A stretch of DNA of 64,000 nt from Eledone cirrhosa (taxonomy: Eukaryota). Positions 11,216-24,214 of this stretch are shown here, in pieces. The notes beneath the pieces were generated by a model that saw only the letters and a list, made by a program, of their open reading frames with translations, ran no database searches and was not told where the DNA came from. The DNA lies in contig OZ024741.1 in the NCBI GenBank assembly GCA_964016885.1, positions 378,262,001 through 378,326,000 of the forward strand. Direction: 5' to 3'. A program made the position numbers and the translations under genes. The stretch's first letter is position 1, and the number at the start of each line of letters is the position of its first letter.

Positions 11216-14200
11216 TTTTCGATCAGGAATGTTGGAGTCGAAAATGGCAAAATGACTAAACGACTACAAATTATTATTTCACCACCAATACCACCACCAC
11301 TACCACGAGGAAAACTCTGGTCAAATCGACTCAAATTTATACCCCAACTACAACACCATCACTACAGTAATGCGACCACATTACCACCACCACTGCCTCA
11401 GTATCGCTACCGCCGCTATTCTCTCCCACTACCTCCTACTAGTTGCTGCTAGCACAGCACCACCACCACATTGTAGAATTCCTACTAAAAGAAGACACCA
11501 TCACTACAGTAATACGACCACATCACCACCACCACTACCTCAGTATTGCTACCGCCGCTATTCTCTCCAACTGCCTCCTGCTAGTTGCTGCTAGCACAGC
11601 ACCGCCACGACATTGTAGAATTCCTACTAAAAAAGAGGAAGGCATAACAAAATATAGATAGACTCAAAAGAAAAAACAAAAATCAAAATCAAAGCAGCAC
11701 AGCAACAACAACAAAAAAAACGTAAAGAAAATAAGAATGAAGAGAGAAACAAACGGACGGACAGAGAAAGGAAGGGAAAACTAAGTCAGACATTCGAACA
11801 CTACATTACAATGAAACTTATGCTTATTCATTTTTGGGATTTTTTCTGCCTGTTTGTTTGTTTGTTTATTTTTGTTCGTCTACAGCGTGATAATGCCACA
11901 CAAGAGCCACGTGGAGTGACGCAACCACCGGAGACGGTGAATCTACCGGTGGTTATGTAACCATACAATCTCCAATCCTCGATAAGAGTGTTTAAATATC
12001 GAATCTAAACAATTCGAATAACGGTGAAATGGAGGCTAGAACGTCATGTGGAAGACTCTCACCCAAGAGGTGCTCCTTAGCTAAGCAGCAGGGACCTGGC
12101 TGTCAACCAAATACTGCTGGTGTCGGAGGAAGAAGAAGAAGGAAAGGGACCAGAACCAACTGGACGAAAGAATTGAATAGAACTGTTATGCAATGTTACC
12201 TGAAAAGTAACCCCAAGGAGAGGGGCTATAGGAAACGGATGCATAACATATGGAACGAGATTGGTCTATTTAAATTAGATGAAGAAAAATTGGCCGGGCA
12301 GGCTCGGGTAATAAGAACTAATGGGTGGATAAGCGATCTGGAACTGGAGGATCTGAGCAGAGAGATTAGCTTGGAGATGGAGGGTGGAGTATGCCAGGCA
12401 AACAAGCCAGTGGGAAATGAAGGTGATGAGGTCGAGAGAACGGAGGAACCACCCGAAGCAGACAATGATCTGAATACTGAGATAAATAATACCTGGAACA
12501 GAGATACGGCCACTGAGGAGATGAATGCTGACGAGCTAGGAGAAGATTTGGTTGATATCCTAAATTTAGTGGTAGATGAATTGAACAATGATAGTGGGAG
12601 ACCTATGAACCTAAGATTTGTAGACAGGAAAAAGTTAAAAAAACCAACAGCTAAGGTAAACAAAGTCATCCCATACCTTGAGGCGAGGAGCCTTCACCAG
12701 TGCAAACATATCCTCAAAGCAACAGCAAATACGGTGAGGAAACTACTTGGTATAAAAGCGAGAGGAAACAACAGACAAGAAAGAGCAGAGCCTTGGTGGA
12801 AGAAACGACTGAGTGGTCAAATCAGGGAAATGAGAAATGACATTGGAAAGCTTGAGTCCCTACTGAATGAGACACTAAAAAACATAGCCACTAAAAATAG
12901 ACTGGAAATAAAGTACAAAACTAGGATGAAAAAGCTAAATATTTTAATAGAGGAACTTAAGCAACGCATTGCAGCAAAGAGTGCAAAAATCAGGCGATAC
13001 GAGAACAGAGTCAGTCAGTATAAACAGAACCGCATGTTCGACAACAACCAGAAGATGCTGTTTGGACAGCTTGAAGGGAAAGAAAGAGGCAAATACTTGA
13101 TCCCTGAGGCGGAACAAACTAAAACATTCTGGAGAGGAATATGGGAGCAGGATGTTAGACATAATGACCAGGCAGGGTGGATTGAGACAGTAGAGAAGGA
13201 GATCAGTGAACAGGCATACCAACATACTGATTTGAGTATCACAGTTGAAACTCTTAAGGGGCAGGCCGAAAAACTAACCAACTGGAAATCACCAGGCCCA
13301 GATGGTGTGCAGGGATATTGGATTAAATATATAACATCCCTCCACCCGAAACTGACAACCATGTTCAATGACTGCTTGATGTCAGGTGAGGTACCAGAGT
13401 GGTTGACAAAAGGTACCACAGTTCTGATAATGAAAGACCGAATCAAGGGTAATGATGTTACCAACTATAGACCTATCACATGTCTGTCCGTAATGTGGAA
13501 ACTGTTGACGAGCATTGTGTCTGAGGAAATCTACCATCACCTCCACACAAACAACTTGTTACCGGACGAACAGAAAGGATGCCGAAAGAAGTCACGTGGT
13601 ACAAAGGACCAGTTACTTATTGATAAGATGGTAATGGGGAATTGCAGGAGGAGACACACTGTTCTTGCCATGGGATGGATAGACTACAGAAAGGCATTTG
13701 ACATGGTGCCTCATTCTTGGATCACCAAAAGCCCGGAGATCTTCAAGGTGGCAGATAACATCAGACAGTTGTTGGGCAAACGTATGAGGTCCTGGGAAAC
13801 AGAGTTGACATCAACTGGAGAATCCTTGGGAAGCGTCAATATCAAGAGAGGTATCTTCCAGGGAGATAGCCTGTCCCCTCTGTTGTTTGTCCTTGCCCTG
13901 ATGCCCCTGACCAGTGTACTGCGAAAAGTGAGAGCAGGATACAGGTTGGGGAAGGGAGGACTTACCATCAATCACCTCCTCTTCATGGACGATCTTAAGC
14001 TCTTCGGGAAGAGTGAGAAGGAGTTGGATGTGCTTGTTGACACTGTCCGTACTTTTAGCATTGATATATGTATGCAATTTGGTATTAGTAAGTGTGGAGT
14101 CATTGTGATGAGGAGGGATATGTTGAGCAGAAGTAACGGAATCCAGATACCAACAGGTGAGATGATAAAGGAAATTGACTCTGAGGAAGGATACAAGTAT

Positions 14201-15492
14201 TTGGGCGTTCTGGAGGATGATGGCATAAAGAACAAAAAAATGAAGGAATTGTTAAGAATTGAATACATTCGGAGAGTAAGGAGCGTATTGAAGTCACATC
14301 TGAACAGCAGAAATGCCATAAGCGCAGTAAATTCCCGAGCTGTGTCTATTATTAGGTACAGTGCGGGAATTCTGAGATGGAATGTTGCTGAACAAAAAGA
14401 AACGGATAGGAAGACTAGAAAGCTATTGACTATCTACAACATGTTCCATAAGAGGAGTGATGTCGATAGACTCTACCTAAGGAGATCTGAGGGTGGAAGA
14501 GGTCTCATCAGCATAGAGGACTGTGTTCAGATGGAGAAAAACAACCTATACAAATACGTGACTGATAGTAAGGAGCCAATGCTCAGAACTGTACTGAAGG
14601 AGGGGACAATAGGCCAGGGGATATCCAAGGGGGAAATAACATCAAGGAGAAAGAGCAGCCTTCAGGGAAAATCCATTCATAGTACCTTCTTTGAGAAAAC
14701 TGAATTTAGAGATCCACAGACATGGAAATGGTTGAGAAGAGGAGACCTCAAAAAGGCTACAGAAGGAATGTTAATGGCTGCGCAGGAGCAGGTCCTTAAA
14801 ACGAAGTGGTTGAAACACCATATTTACAAGGAGGAGGCTAGCCCACTGTGCAGGATCTGTGGAGAGAGAGAGGAGACTGTGGCTCACATTGTATCCGAGT
14901 GTAAACACCTAGCCCAGACCTACTATAAGGGCTGGAGACATAATGTGATGGGCAGGGTGATCCACTGGCACCTGTGCAAAGTAAACAATTCACCACATTA
15001 TGAGAAATGGTATGAGCATAGGCCAGAGGCGGTGATGGAGAACGATCACGTGAAGGCGCTGTGGGATTTTAGGATACAGACGGACAAGAAACTGGAACAC
15101 AATAGACCTGATCTGGTGGTTGTGGACAAAGAAAAAAGATCGTGTCTGATTGTGGATGTGGCCTGCCCATTCGACACGAGAGTGCAAGAGAAGGAGAGGG
15201 AGAAAATTAACCGATACCAGGACTTAAAGTGGGAGGTAAAAAGGATTTGGAAATGCCATGAAGTCAAAGTGATCCCGATTGTCATAGGCGCACTGGGGAC
15301 TATCTCCAAAAGTTTCCAGGATGGTTAAAGAAAACGGCCCCTACACGCTTTTTGGAACGCTTCAAAAGGCATGCTTGCTGGGAACAGCAAGAACCCTCCG
15401 ATACGTCCTGAATATCTGAGGCTGCAGGTAATGGCTTGATATCCATTCCAACGGACTTTCCAGTTAACCAACATCAATGACTGAGATTCAAG

Positions 15493-15553
<61 letters not shown>
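11215..15553 (+). mobile_element. R4/Dong-like array copy 2 (B-5'/A-3' chimera)
   Basis: Full unit between TAA tracts; tail at 15494-15553. Confidence 0.93.
12029..15328 (+). CDS. R4/Dong-like polyprotein, 1099 aa: N-terminal Myb-like region, RT, CCHC knuckle, restriction-like endonuclease
   Basis: Uninterrupted ORF with NYRPITCL, GIFQGDSLSPLLF, FMDDLKL, YKYLG, CRICGEREETVAHIVSEC and RPDLVVVD..IVDVACP..KINRY. It lacks the last ~30 aa (..ACLLGTARTLRYVLNI, seen in copy 5) because of a 1-nt deletion. Confidence 0.9.
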   Translation: MEARTSCGRLSPKRCSLAKQQGPGCQPNTAGVGGRRRRKGTRTNWTKELNRTVMQCYLKSNPKERGYRKRMHNIWNEIGLFKLDEEKLAGQARVIRTNGWISDLELEDLSREISLEMEGGVCQANKPVGNEGDEVERTEEPPEADNDLNTEINNTWNRDTATEEMNADELGEDLVDILNLVVDELNNDSGRPMNLRFVDRKKLKKPTAKVNKVIPYLEARSLHQCKHILKATANTVRKLLGIKARGNNRQERAEPWWKKRLSGQIREMRNDIGKLESLLNETLKNIATKNRLEIKYKTRMKKLNILIEELKQRIAAKSAKIRRYENRVSQYKQNRMFDNNQKMLFGQLEGKERGKYLIPEAEQTKTFWRGIWEQDVRHNDQAGWIETVEKEISEQAYQHTDLSITVETLKGQAEKLTNWKSPGPDGVQGYWIKYITSLHPKLTTMFNDCLMSGEVPEWLTKGTTVLIMKDRIKGNDVTNYRPITCLSVMWKLLTSIVSEEIYHHLHTNNLLPDEQKGCRKKSRGTKDQLLIDKMVMGNCRRRHTVLAMGWIDYRKAFDMVPHSWITKSPEIFKVADNIRQLLGKRMRSWETELTSTGESLGSVNIKRGIFQGDSLSPLLFVLALMPLTSVLRKVRAGYRLGKGGLTINHLLFMDDLKLFGKSEKELDVLVDTVRTFSIDICMQFGISKCGVIVMRRDMLSRSNGIQIPTGEMIKEIDSEEGYKYLGVLEDDGIKNKKMKELLRIEYIRRVRSVLKSHLNSRNAISAVNSRAVSIIRYSAGILRWNVAEQKETDRKTRKLLTIYNMFHKRSDVDRLYLRRSEGGRGLISIEDCVQMEKNNLYKYVTDSKEPMLRTVLKEGTIGQGISKGEITSRRKSSLQGKSIHSTFFEKTEFRDPQTWKWLRRGDLKKATEGMLMAAQEQVLKTKWLKHHIYKEEASPLCRICGEREETVAHIVSECKHLAQTYYKGWRHNVMGRVIHWHLCKVNNSPHYEKWYEHRPEAVMENDHVKALWDFRIQTDKKLEHNRPDLVVVDKEKRSCLIVDVACPFDTRVQEKEREKINRYQDLKWEVKRIWKCHEVKVIPIVIGALGTISKSFQDG

Positions 15554-15554
<1 letters not shown>

Positions 15555-18500
15555 TTTTCGATCAGGAATGTTGGAGTCGAAAATGGCAAAATGACTAAAC
15601 GACTACAAATTATTATTTCACCACCAATACCACCACCACTACCACGAGGAAAACTCTGGTCAAATCGACTCAAATTTATACCCCAACTACAACACCATCA
15701 CTACAGTAATGCGACCACATTACCACCACCACTGCCTCAGTATCGCTACCGCCGCTATTCTCTCCCACTACCTCCTACTAGTTGCTGCTAGCACAGCACC
15801 ACCACCACATTGTAGAATTCCTACTAAAAGAAGACACCATCACTACAGTAATACGACCACATCACCACCACCACTACCTCAGTATTGCTACCGCCGCTAT
15901 TCTCTCCAACTGCCTCCTGCTAGTTGCTGCTAGCACAGCACCGCCACGACATTGTAGAATTCCTACTAAAAAAGAGGAAGGCATAACAAAATATAGATAG
16001 ACTCAAAAGAAAAAACAAAAATCAAAATCAAAGCAGCACAGCAACAACAACAAAAAAAACGTAAAGAAAATAAGAATGAAGAGAGAAACAAACGGACGGA
16101 CAGAGAAAGGAAGGGAAAACTAAGTCAGACATTCGAACACTACATTACAATGAAACTTATGCTTATTCATTTTTGGGATTTTTTCTGCCTGTTTGTTTGT
16201 TTGTTTATTTTTGTTCGTCTACAGCGTGATAATGCCACACAAGAGCCACGTGGAGTGACGCAACCACCGGAGACGGTGAATCTACCGGTGGTTATGTAAC
16301 CATACAATCTCCAATCCTCGATAAGAGTGTTTAAATATCGAATCTAAACAATTCGAATAACGGTGAAATGGAGGCTAGAACGTCATGTGGAAGACTCTCA
16401 CCCAAGAGGTGCTCCTTAGCTAAGCAGCAGGGACCTGGCTGTCAACCAAATACTGCTGGTGTCGGAGGAAGAAGAAGAAGGAAAGGGACCAGAACCAACT
16501 GGACGAAAGAATTGAATAGAACTGTTATGCAATGTTACCTGAAAAGTAACCCCAAGGAGAGGGGCTATAGGAAACGGATGCATAACATATGGAACGAGAT
16601 TGGTCTATTTAAATTAGATGAAGAAAAATTGGCCGGGCAGGCTCGGGTAATAAGAACTAATGGGTGGATAAGCGATCTGGAACTGGAGGAACTGAGCAGA
16701 GAGATTAGCTTGGAGATGGAGGGTGGAGTATGCCAGGCAAACAAGCCAGTGGGAAATGAAGGTGATGAGGTCGAGAGAACGGAGGAACCACCCGAAGCAG
16801 ACAATGATCTGAATACTGAGATAAATAATACCTGGAACAGAGATACGGCCACTGAGGAGATGAATGCTGACGAGCTAGGAGAAGATTTGGTTGATATCCT
16901 AAATTTAGTGGTAGATGAATTGAACAATGATAGTGGGAGACCTATGAACCTAAGATTTGTAGACAGGAAAAAGTTAAAAAAACCAACAGCTAAGGTAAAC
17001 AAAGTCATCCCATACCTTGAGGCGAGGAGCCTTCACCAGTGCAAACATATCCTCAAAGCAACAGCAAATACGGTGAGGAAACTACTTGGTATAAAAGCGA
17101 GAGGAAACAACAGACAAGAAAGAGCAGAGCCTTGGTGGAAGAAACGACTGAGTGGTCAAATCAGGGAAATGAGAAATGACATTGGAAAGCTTGAGTCCCT
17201 ACTGAATGAGACACTAAAAAACATAGCCACTAAAAATAGACTGGAAATAAAGTACAAAACTAGGATGAAAAAGCTAAATATTTTAATAGAGGAACTTAAG
17301 CAACGCATTGCAGCAAAGAGTGCAAAAATCAGGCGATACGAGAACAGAGTCAGTCAGTATAAACAGAACCGCATGTTCGACAACAACCAGAAGATGCTGT
17401 TTGGACAGCTTGAAGGGAAAGAAAGAGGCAAATACTTGATCCCTGAGGCGGAACAAACTAAAACATTCTGGAGAGGAATATGGGAGCAGGATGTTAGACA
17501 TAATGACCAGGCAGGGTGGATGGAGACAGTAGAGAAGGAGATCAGTGAACAGGCATACCAACATACTGATTTGAGTATCACAGTTGAAACTCTTAAGGGG
17601 CAGGCCGAAAAACTAACCAACTGGAAATCACCAGGCCCAGATGGTGTGCAGGGATATTGGATTAAATATATAACATCCCTCCACCCGAAACTGACAACCA
17701 TGTTCAATGACTGCTTGATGTCAGGTGAGGTACCAGAGTGGTTGACAAAAGGTACCACAGTTCTGATAATGAAAGACCGAATCAAGGGTAATGATGTTAC
17801 CAACTATAGACCTATCACATGTCTGTCCGTAATGTGGAAACTGTTGACGAGCATTGTGTCTGAGGAAATCTACCATCACCTCCACACAAACAACTTGTTA
17901 CCGGACGAACAGAAAGGATGCCGAAAGAAGTCACGTGGTACAAAGGACCAGTTACTTATTGATAAGATGGTAATGGGGAATTGCAGGAGGAGACACACTG
18001 TTCTTGCCATGGGATGGATAGACTACAGAAAGGCATTTGACATGGTGCCTCATTCTTGGATCACCAAAAGCCCGGAGATCTTCAAGGTGGCAGATAACAT
18101 CAGACAGTTGTTGGGCAAACGTATGAGGTCCTGGGAAACAGAGTTGACATCAACTGGAGAATCCTTGGGAAGCGTCAATATCAAGAGAGGTATCTTCCAG
18201 GGAGATAGCCTGTCCCCTCTGTTGTTTGTCCTTGCCCTGATGCCCCTGACCAGTGTACTGCGAAAAGTGAGAGCAGGATACAGGTTGGGGAAGGGAGGAC
18301 TTACCATCAATCACCTCCTCTTCATGGACGATCTTAAGCTCTTCGGGAAGAGTGAGAAGGAGTTGGATGTGCTTGTTGACACTGTCCGTACTTTTAGCAT
18401 TGATATATGTATGCAATTTGGTATTAGTAAGTGTGGAGTCATTGTGATGAGGAGGGGTATGTTGAGCAGAAGTAACGGAATCCAGATACCAACAGGTGAG

Positions 18501-19832
18501 ATGATAAAGGAAATTGACTCTGAGGAAGGATACAAGTATTTGGGCGTTCTGGAGGATGATGGCATAAAGAACAAAAAAATGAAGGAATTGTTAAGAATTG
18601 AATACATTCGGAGAGTAAGGAGCGTATTGAAGTCACATCTGAACAGCAGAAATGCCATAAGCGCAGTAAATTCCCGAGCTGTGTCTATTATTAGGTACAG
18701 TGCGGGAATTCTGAGATGGAATGTTGCTGAACAAAAAGAAACGGATAGGAAGACTAGAAAGCTATTGACTATCTACAACATGTTCCATAAGAGGAGTGAT
18801 GTCGATAGACTCTACCTAAGGAGATCTGAGGGTGGAAGAGGTCTCATCAGCATAGAGGACTGTGTTCAGATGGAGAAAAACAACCTATACAAATACGTGA
18901 CTGATAGTAAGGAGCCAATGCTCAGAACTGTACTGAAGGAGGGGACAATAGGCCAGGGGATATCCAAGGGGGAAATAACATCAAGGAGAAAGAGCAGCCT
19001 TCAGGGGAAAATCCATTCATAGTACCTTCTTTGAGAAAACTGAATTTAGAGATCCACAGACATGGAAATGGTTGAGAAGAGGAGACCTCAAAAAGGCTAC
19101 AGAAGGAATGTTAATGGCTGCGCAGGAGCAGGTCCTTAAAACGAAGTGGTTGAAACACCATATTTACAAGGAGGAGGCTAGCCCACTGTGCAGGATCTGT
19201 GGAGAGAGAGAGGAGACTGTGGCTCACATTGTATCCGAGTGTAAACACCTAGCCCAGACCTACTATAAGGGCTGGAGACATGATGTGATGGGCAGGGTGA
19301 TCCACTGGCACCTGTGCAAAGTAAACAATTCACCACATTATGAGAAATGGTATGAGCATAGGCCAGAGGCGGTGATGGAGAACGATCACGTGAAGGCGCT
19401 GTGGGATTTTAGGATACAGACGGACAAGAAACTGGAACACAATAGACCTGATCTGGTGGTTGTGGACAAAGAAAAAAGATCGTGTCTGATTGTGGATGTG
19501 GCCTGCCCATTCGACACGAGAGTGCAAGAGAAGGAGAGGGAGAAAATTAACCGATACCAGGACTTAAAGTGGGAGGTAAAAAGGATTTGGAAATGCCATG
19601 AAGTCAAAGTGATCCCGATTGTCATAGGCGCACTGGGGACTATCTCCAAAAGTTTCCAGGATGGTTAAAGAAAACGGCCCCTACACGCTTTTTGGAACGC
19701 TTCAAAAGGCATGCTTGCTGGGAACAGCAAGAACCCTCCGATACGTCCTGAATATCTGAGGCTGCAGGTAATGGCTTGATATCCATTCCAACGGACTTTC
19801 CAGTTAACCAACATCAATGACTGAGATTCAAG

Positions 19833-19884
<52 letters not shown>
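15554..19884 (+). mobile_element. R4/Dong-like array copy 3 (chimera)
   Basis: Same unit; tail at 19834-19884. Confidence 0.93.
16368..19668 (+). pseudogene. Dong copy 3 polyprotein, one internal frameshift
   Basis: Extra G in a G-run at ~19004-19007 (caggggaaaa vs cagggaaaa); could be a homopolymer sequencing error. Confidence 0.85.
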
Positions 19885-19885
<1 letters not shown>

Positions 19886-22800
19886 TTTTCGATCAGGAAT
19901 GTTGGAGTCGAAAATGGCAAAATGACTAAACGACTACAAATTATTATTTCACCACCAATACCACCACCACTACCACGAGGAAAACTCTGGTCAAATCGAC
20001 TCAAATTTATACCCCAACTACAACACCATCACTACAGTAATGCGACCACATTACCACCACCACTGCCTCAGTATCGCTACCGCCGCTATTCTCTCCCACT
20101 ACCTCCTACTAGTTGCTGCTAGCACAGCACCACCACCACATTGTAGAATTCCTACTAAAAGAAGACACCATCACTACAGTAATACGACCACATCACCACC
20201 ACCACTACCTCAGTATTGCTACCGCCGCTATTCTCTCCAACTGCCTCCTGCTAGTTGCTGCTAGCACAGCACCGCCACGACATTGTAGAATTCCTACTAA
20301 AAAAGAGGAAGGCATAACAAAATATAGATAGACTCAAAAGAAAAAACAAAAATCAAAATCAAAGCAGCACAGCAACAACAACAAAAAAAACATAAAGAAA
20401 ATAAGAATGAAGAGAGAAACAAACGGACGGACAGAGAAAGGAAGGGAAAACTAAGTCAGACATTCGAACACTACATTACAATGAAACTTATGCTTATTCA
20501 TTTTTGGGATTTTTTCTGCCTGTTTGTTTGTTTGTTTATTTTTGTTCGTCTACAGCGTGATAATGCCACACAAGAGCCACGTGGAGTGACGCAACCACCG
20601 GAGACGGTGAATCTACCGGTGGTTATGTAACCATACAATCTCCAATCCTCGATAAGAGTGTTTAAATATCGAATCTAAACAATTCGAATAACGGTGAAAT
20701 GGAGGCTAGAACGTCATGTGGAAGACTCTCACCCAAGAGGTGCTCCTTAGCTAAGCAGCAGGGACCTGGCTGTCAACCAAATACTGCTGGTGTCGGAGGA
20801 AGAAGAAGAAGGAAAGGGACCAGAACCAACTGGACGAAAGAATTGAATAGAACTGTTATGCAATGTTACCTGAAAAGTAACCCCAAGAGAGGGGCTATAG
20901 GAAACGGATGCATAACATATGGAACGAGATTGGTCTATTTAAATTAGATGAAGAAAAATTGGCCGGGCAGGCTCGGGTAATAAGAACTAATGGGTGGATA
21001 AGCGATCTGGAACTGGAGGAACTGAGCAGAGAGATTAGCTTGGAGATGGAGGGTGGAGTATGCCAGGCAAACAAGCCAGTGGGAAATGAAGGTGAAGAGG
21101 TCGAGAGAACGGAGGAACCACCAGAAGCAGACAATGATCTGAATACTGAGATAAATAATACCTGGAACAGAGATACGGCCACTGAGGAGATGAATGCTGA
21201 CGAGCTAGGAGAAGATTTGGTTGATATCCTAAATTTAGTGGTAGATGAATTGAACAATGATAGTGGGAGACCTATGAACCTAAGATTTGTAGACAGGAAA
21301 AAGTTAAAAAAACCAACAGCTAAGGTAAACAAAGTCATCCCATACCTTGAGGCGAGGAGCCTTCACCAGTGCAAACATATCCTCAAAGCAACAGCAAATA
21401 CGGTGAGGAAACTACTTGGTATAAAAGCGAGAGGAAACAACAGACAAGAAAGAGCAGAGCCTTGGTGGAAGAAACGACTGAGTGGTCAAATCAGGGAAAT
21501 GAGAAATGACATTGGAAAGCTTGAGTCCCTACTGAATGAGACACTAAAAAACATAGCCACTAAAAATAGACTGGAAATAAAGTACAAAACTAGGATGAAA
21601 AAGCTAAATATTTTAATAGAGGAACTTAAGCAACGCATTGCAGCAAAGAGTGCAAAAATCAGGCGATACGAGAACAGAGTCAGTCAGTATAAACAGAACC
21701 GCATGTTCGACAACAACCAGAAGATGCTGTTTGGACAGCTTGAAGGGAAAGAAAGAGGCAAATACTTGATCCCTGAGGCGGAACAAACTAAAACATTCTG
21801 GAGAGGAATATGGGAGCAGGATGTTAGACATAATGACCAGGCAGGGTGGATTGAGACAGTAGAGAAGGAGATCAGTGAACAGGCATACCAACATACTGAT
21901 TTGAGTATCACAGTTGAAACTCTTAAGGGGCAGGCCGAAAAACTAACCAACTGGAAATCACCAGGCCCAGATGGTGTGCAGGGATATTGGATTAAATATA
22001 TAACATCCCTCCACCCGAAACTGACAACCATGTTCAATGACTGCTTGATGTCAGGTGAGGTACCAGAGTGGTTGACAAAAGGTACCACAGTTCTGATAAT
22101 GAAAGACCGAATCAAGGGTAATGATGTTACCAACTATAGACCTATCACATGTCTGTCCGTAATGTGGAAACTGTTGACGAGCATTGTGTCTGAGGAAATC
22201 TACCATCACCTCCACACAAACAACTTGTTACCGGACGAACAGAAAGGATGCCGAAAGAAGTCACGTGGTACAAAGGACCAGTTACTTATTGATAAGATGG
22301 TAATGGGGAATTGCAGGAGGAGACACACTGTTCTTGCCATGGGATGGATAGACTACAGAAAGGCATTTGACATGGTGCCTCATTCTTGGATCACCAAAAG
22401 CCCGGAGATCTTCAAGGTGGCAGATAACATCAGACAGTTGTTGGGCAAACGTATGAGGTCCTGGGAAACAGAGTTGACATCAACTGGAGAATCCTTGGGA
22501 AGCGTCAATATCAAGAGAGGTATCTTCCAGGGAGATAGCCTGTCCCCTCTGTTGTTTGTCCTTGCCCTGATGCCCCTGACCAGTGTACTGCGAAAAGTGA
22601 GAGCAGGATACAGGTTGGGGAAGGGAGGACATACCATCAATCACCTCCTCTTCATGGACGATCTTAAGCTCTTCGGGAAGAGTGAGAAGGAGTTGGATGT
22701 GCTTGTTGACACTGTCCGTACTTTTAGCATTGATATATGTATGCAATTTGGTATTAGTAAGTGTGGAGTCATTGTGATGAGGAGGGGTATGTTGAGCAGA

Positions 22801-24161
22801 AGTAACGGAATCCAGATACCAACAGGTGAGATGATAAAGGAAATTGACTCTGAGGAAGGATACAAGTATTTGGGCGTTCTGGAGGCTGATGGCATAAAGA
22901 ACAAAAAAATGAAGGAATTGTTAAGAATTGAATACATTCGGAGAGTAAGGAGCGTATTGAAGTCACATCTGAACAGCAGAAATGCCATAAGCGCAGTAAA
23001 TTCCCGAGCTGTGTCTATTATTAGGTACAGTGCGGGAATTCTGAGATGGAATGTTGCTGAACAAAAAGAAACGGATAGGAAGATTAGAAAGCTATTGACT
23101 ATCTACAACATGTTCCATAAGAGGAGTGATGTCGATAGACTCTACCTAAGGAGATCTGAGGGTGGAAGAGGTCTCATCAGCATAGAGGACTGTGTTCAGA
23201 TGGAGAAAAACAACCTATACAAATACGTGACTGATAGTAAGGAGCCAATGCTCAGAACTGTACTGAAGGAGGGGACAATAGGCCAGGGGATATCCAAGGG
23301 GGAAATAACATCAAGGAGAAAGAGCAGCCTTCAGGGAAAATCCATTCATAGTACCTTCTTTGAGAAAACTGAATTTAGAGATCCACAGACATGGAAATGG
23401 TTGAGAAGAGGAGACCTCAAAAAGGCTACAGAAGGAATGTTAATGGCTGCGCAGGAGCAGGTCCTTAAAACGAAGTGGTTGAAACACCATATTTACAAGG
23501 AGGAGGCTAGCCCACTGTGCAGGATCTGTGGAGAGAGAGAGGAGACTGTGGCTCACATTGTATCCGAGTGTAAACACCTAGCCCAGACCTACTATAAGGG
23601 CTGGAGACATGATGTGATGGGCAGGGTGATCCACTGGCACCTGTGCAAAGTAAACAATTCACCACATTATGAGAAATGGTATGAGCATAGGCCAGAGGCG
23701 GTGATGGAGAACGATCACGTGAAGGCGCTGTGGGATTTTAGGATACAGACGGACAAGAAACTGGAACACAATAGACCTGATCTGGTGGTTGTGGACAAAG
23801 AAAAAAGATCGTGTCTGATTGTGGATGTGGCCTGCCCATTCGACACGAGAGTGCAAGAGAAGGAGAGGGAGAAAATTAACCGATACCAGGACTTAAAGTG
23901 GGAGGTAAAAAGGATTTGGAAATGCCATGAAGTCAAAGTGATCCCGATTGTCATAGGCGCACTGGGGACTATCTCCAAAAGTTTCCAGGATGGTTAAAGA
24001 AAACGGCCCCTTCACGCTTTTTGGAACGCTTCAAAAGGCATGCTTGCTGGGAACAGCAAGAACCCTCCGATACGTCCTGAATATCTGAGGCTGCAGGTAA
24101 TGGCTTGATATCCATTCCAACGGACTTTCCAGTTAACCAACATCAATGACTGAGATTCAAG

Positions 24162-24213
<52 letters not shown>
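19885..24213 (+). mobile_element. R4/Dong-like array copy 4 (chimera)
   Basis: Same unit; tail at 24163-24213. Confidence 0.93.
20699..23997 (+). pseudogene. Dong copy 4 polyprotein, one 5' frameshift (1029-aa downstream ORF)
   Basis: One G missing at ~20887 (caagagagg vs caaggagagg); could be a sequencing error. Confidence 0.85.

Positions 24214-24214
<1 letters not shown>

Noticed and set aside
11144-11661. Poly-Ile and His/Pro-rich ORFs repeated in every array unit
   Set aside because: They read through the TAA tail and CCA-rich UTR; the conservation only reflects recent duplication.
12226-15309. Many minus-strand ORFs of 65-149 aa within Dong copies (and plus-strand ORFs within Tx1)
   Set aside because: They are antisense shadows of the real ORFs with no recognisable motifs.
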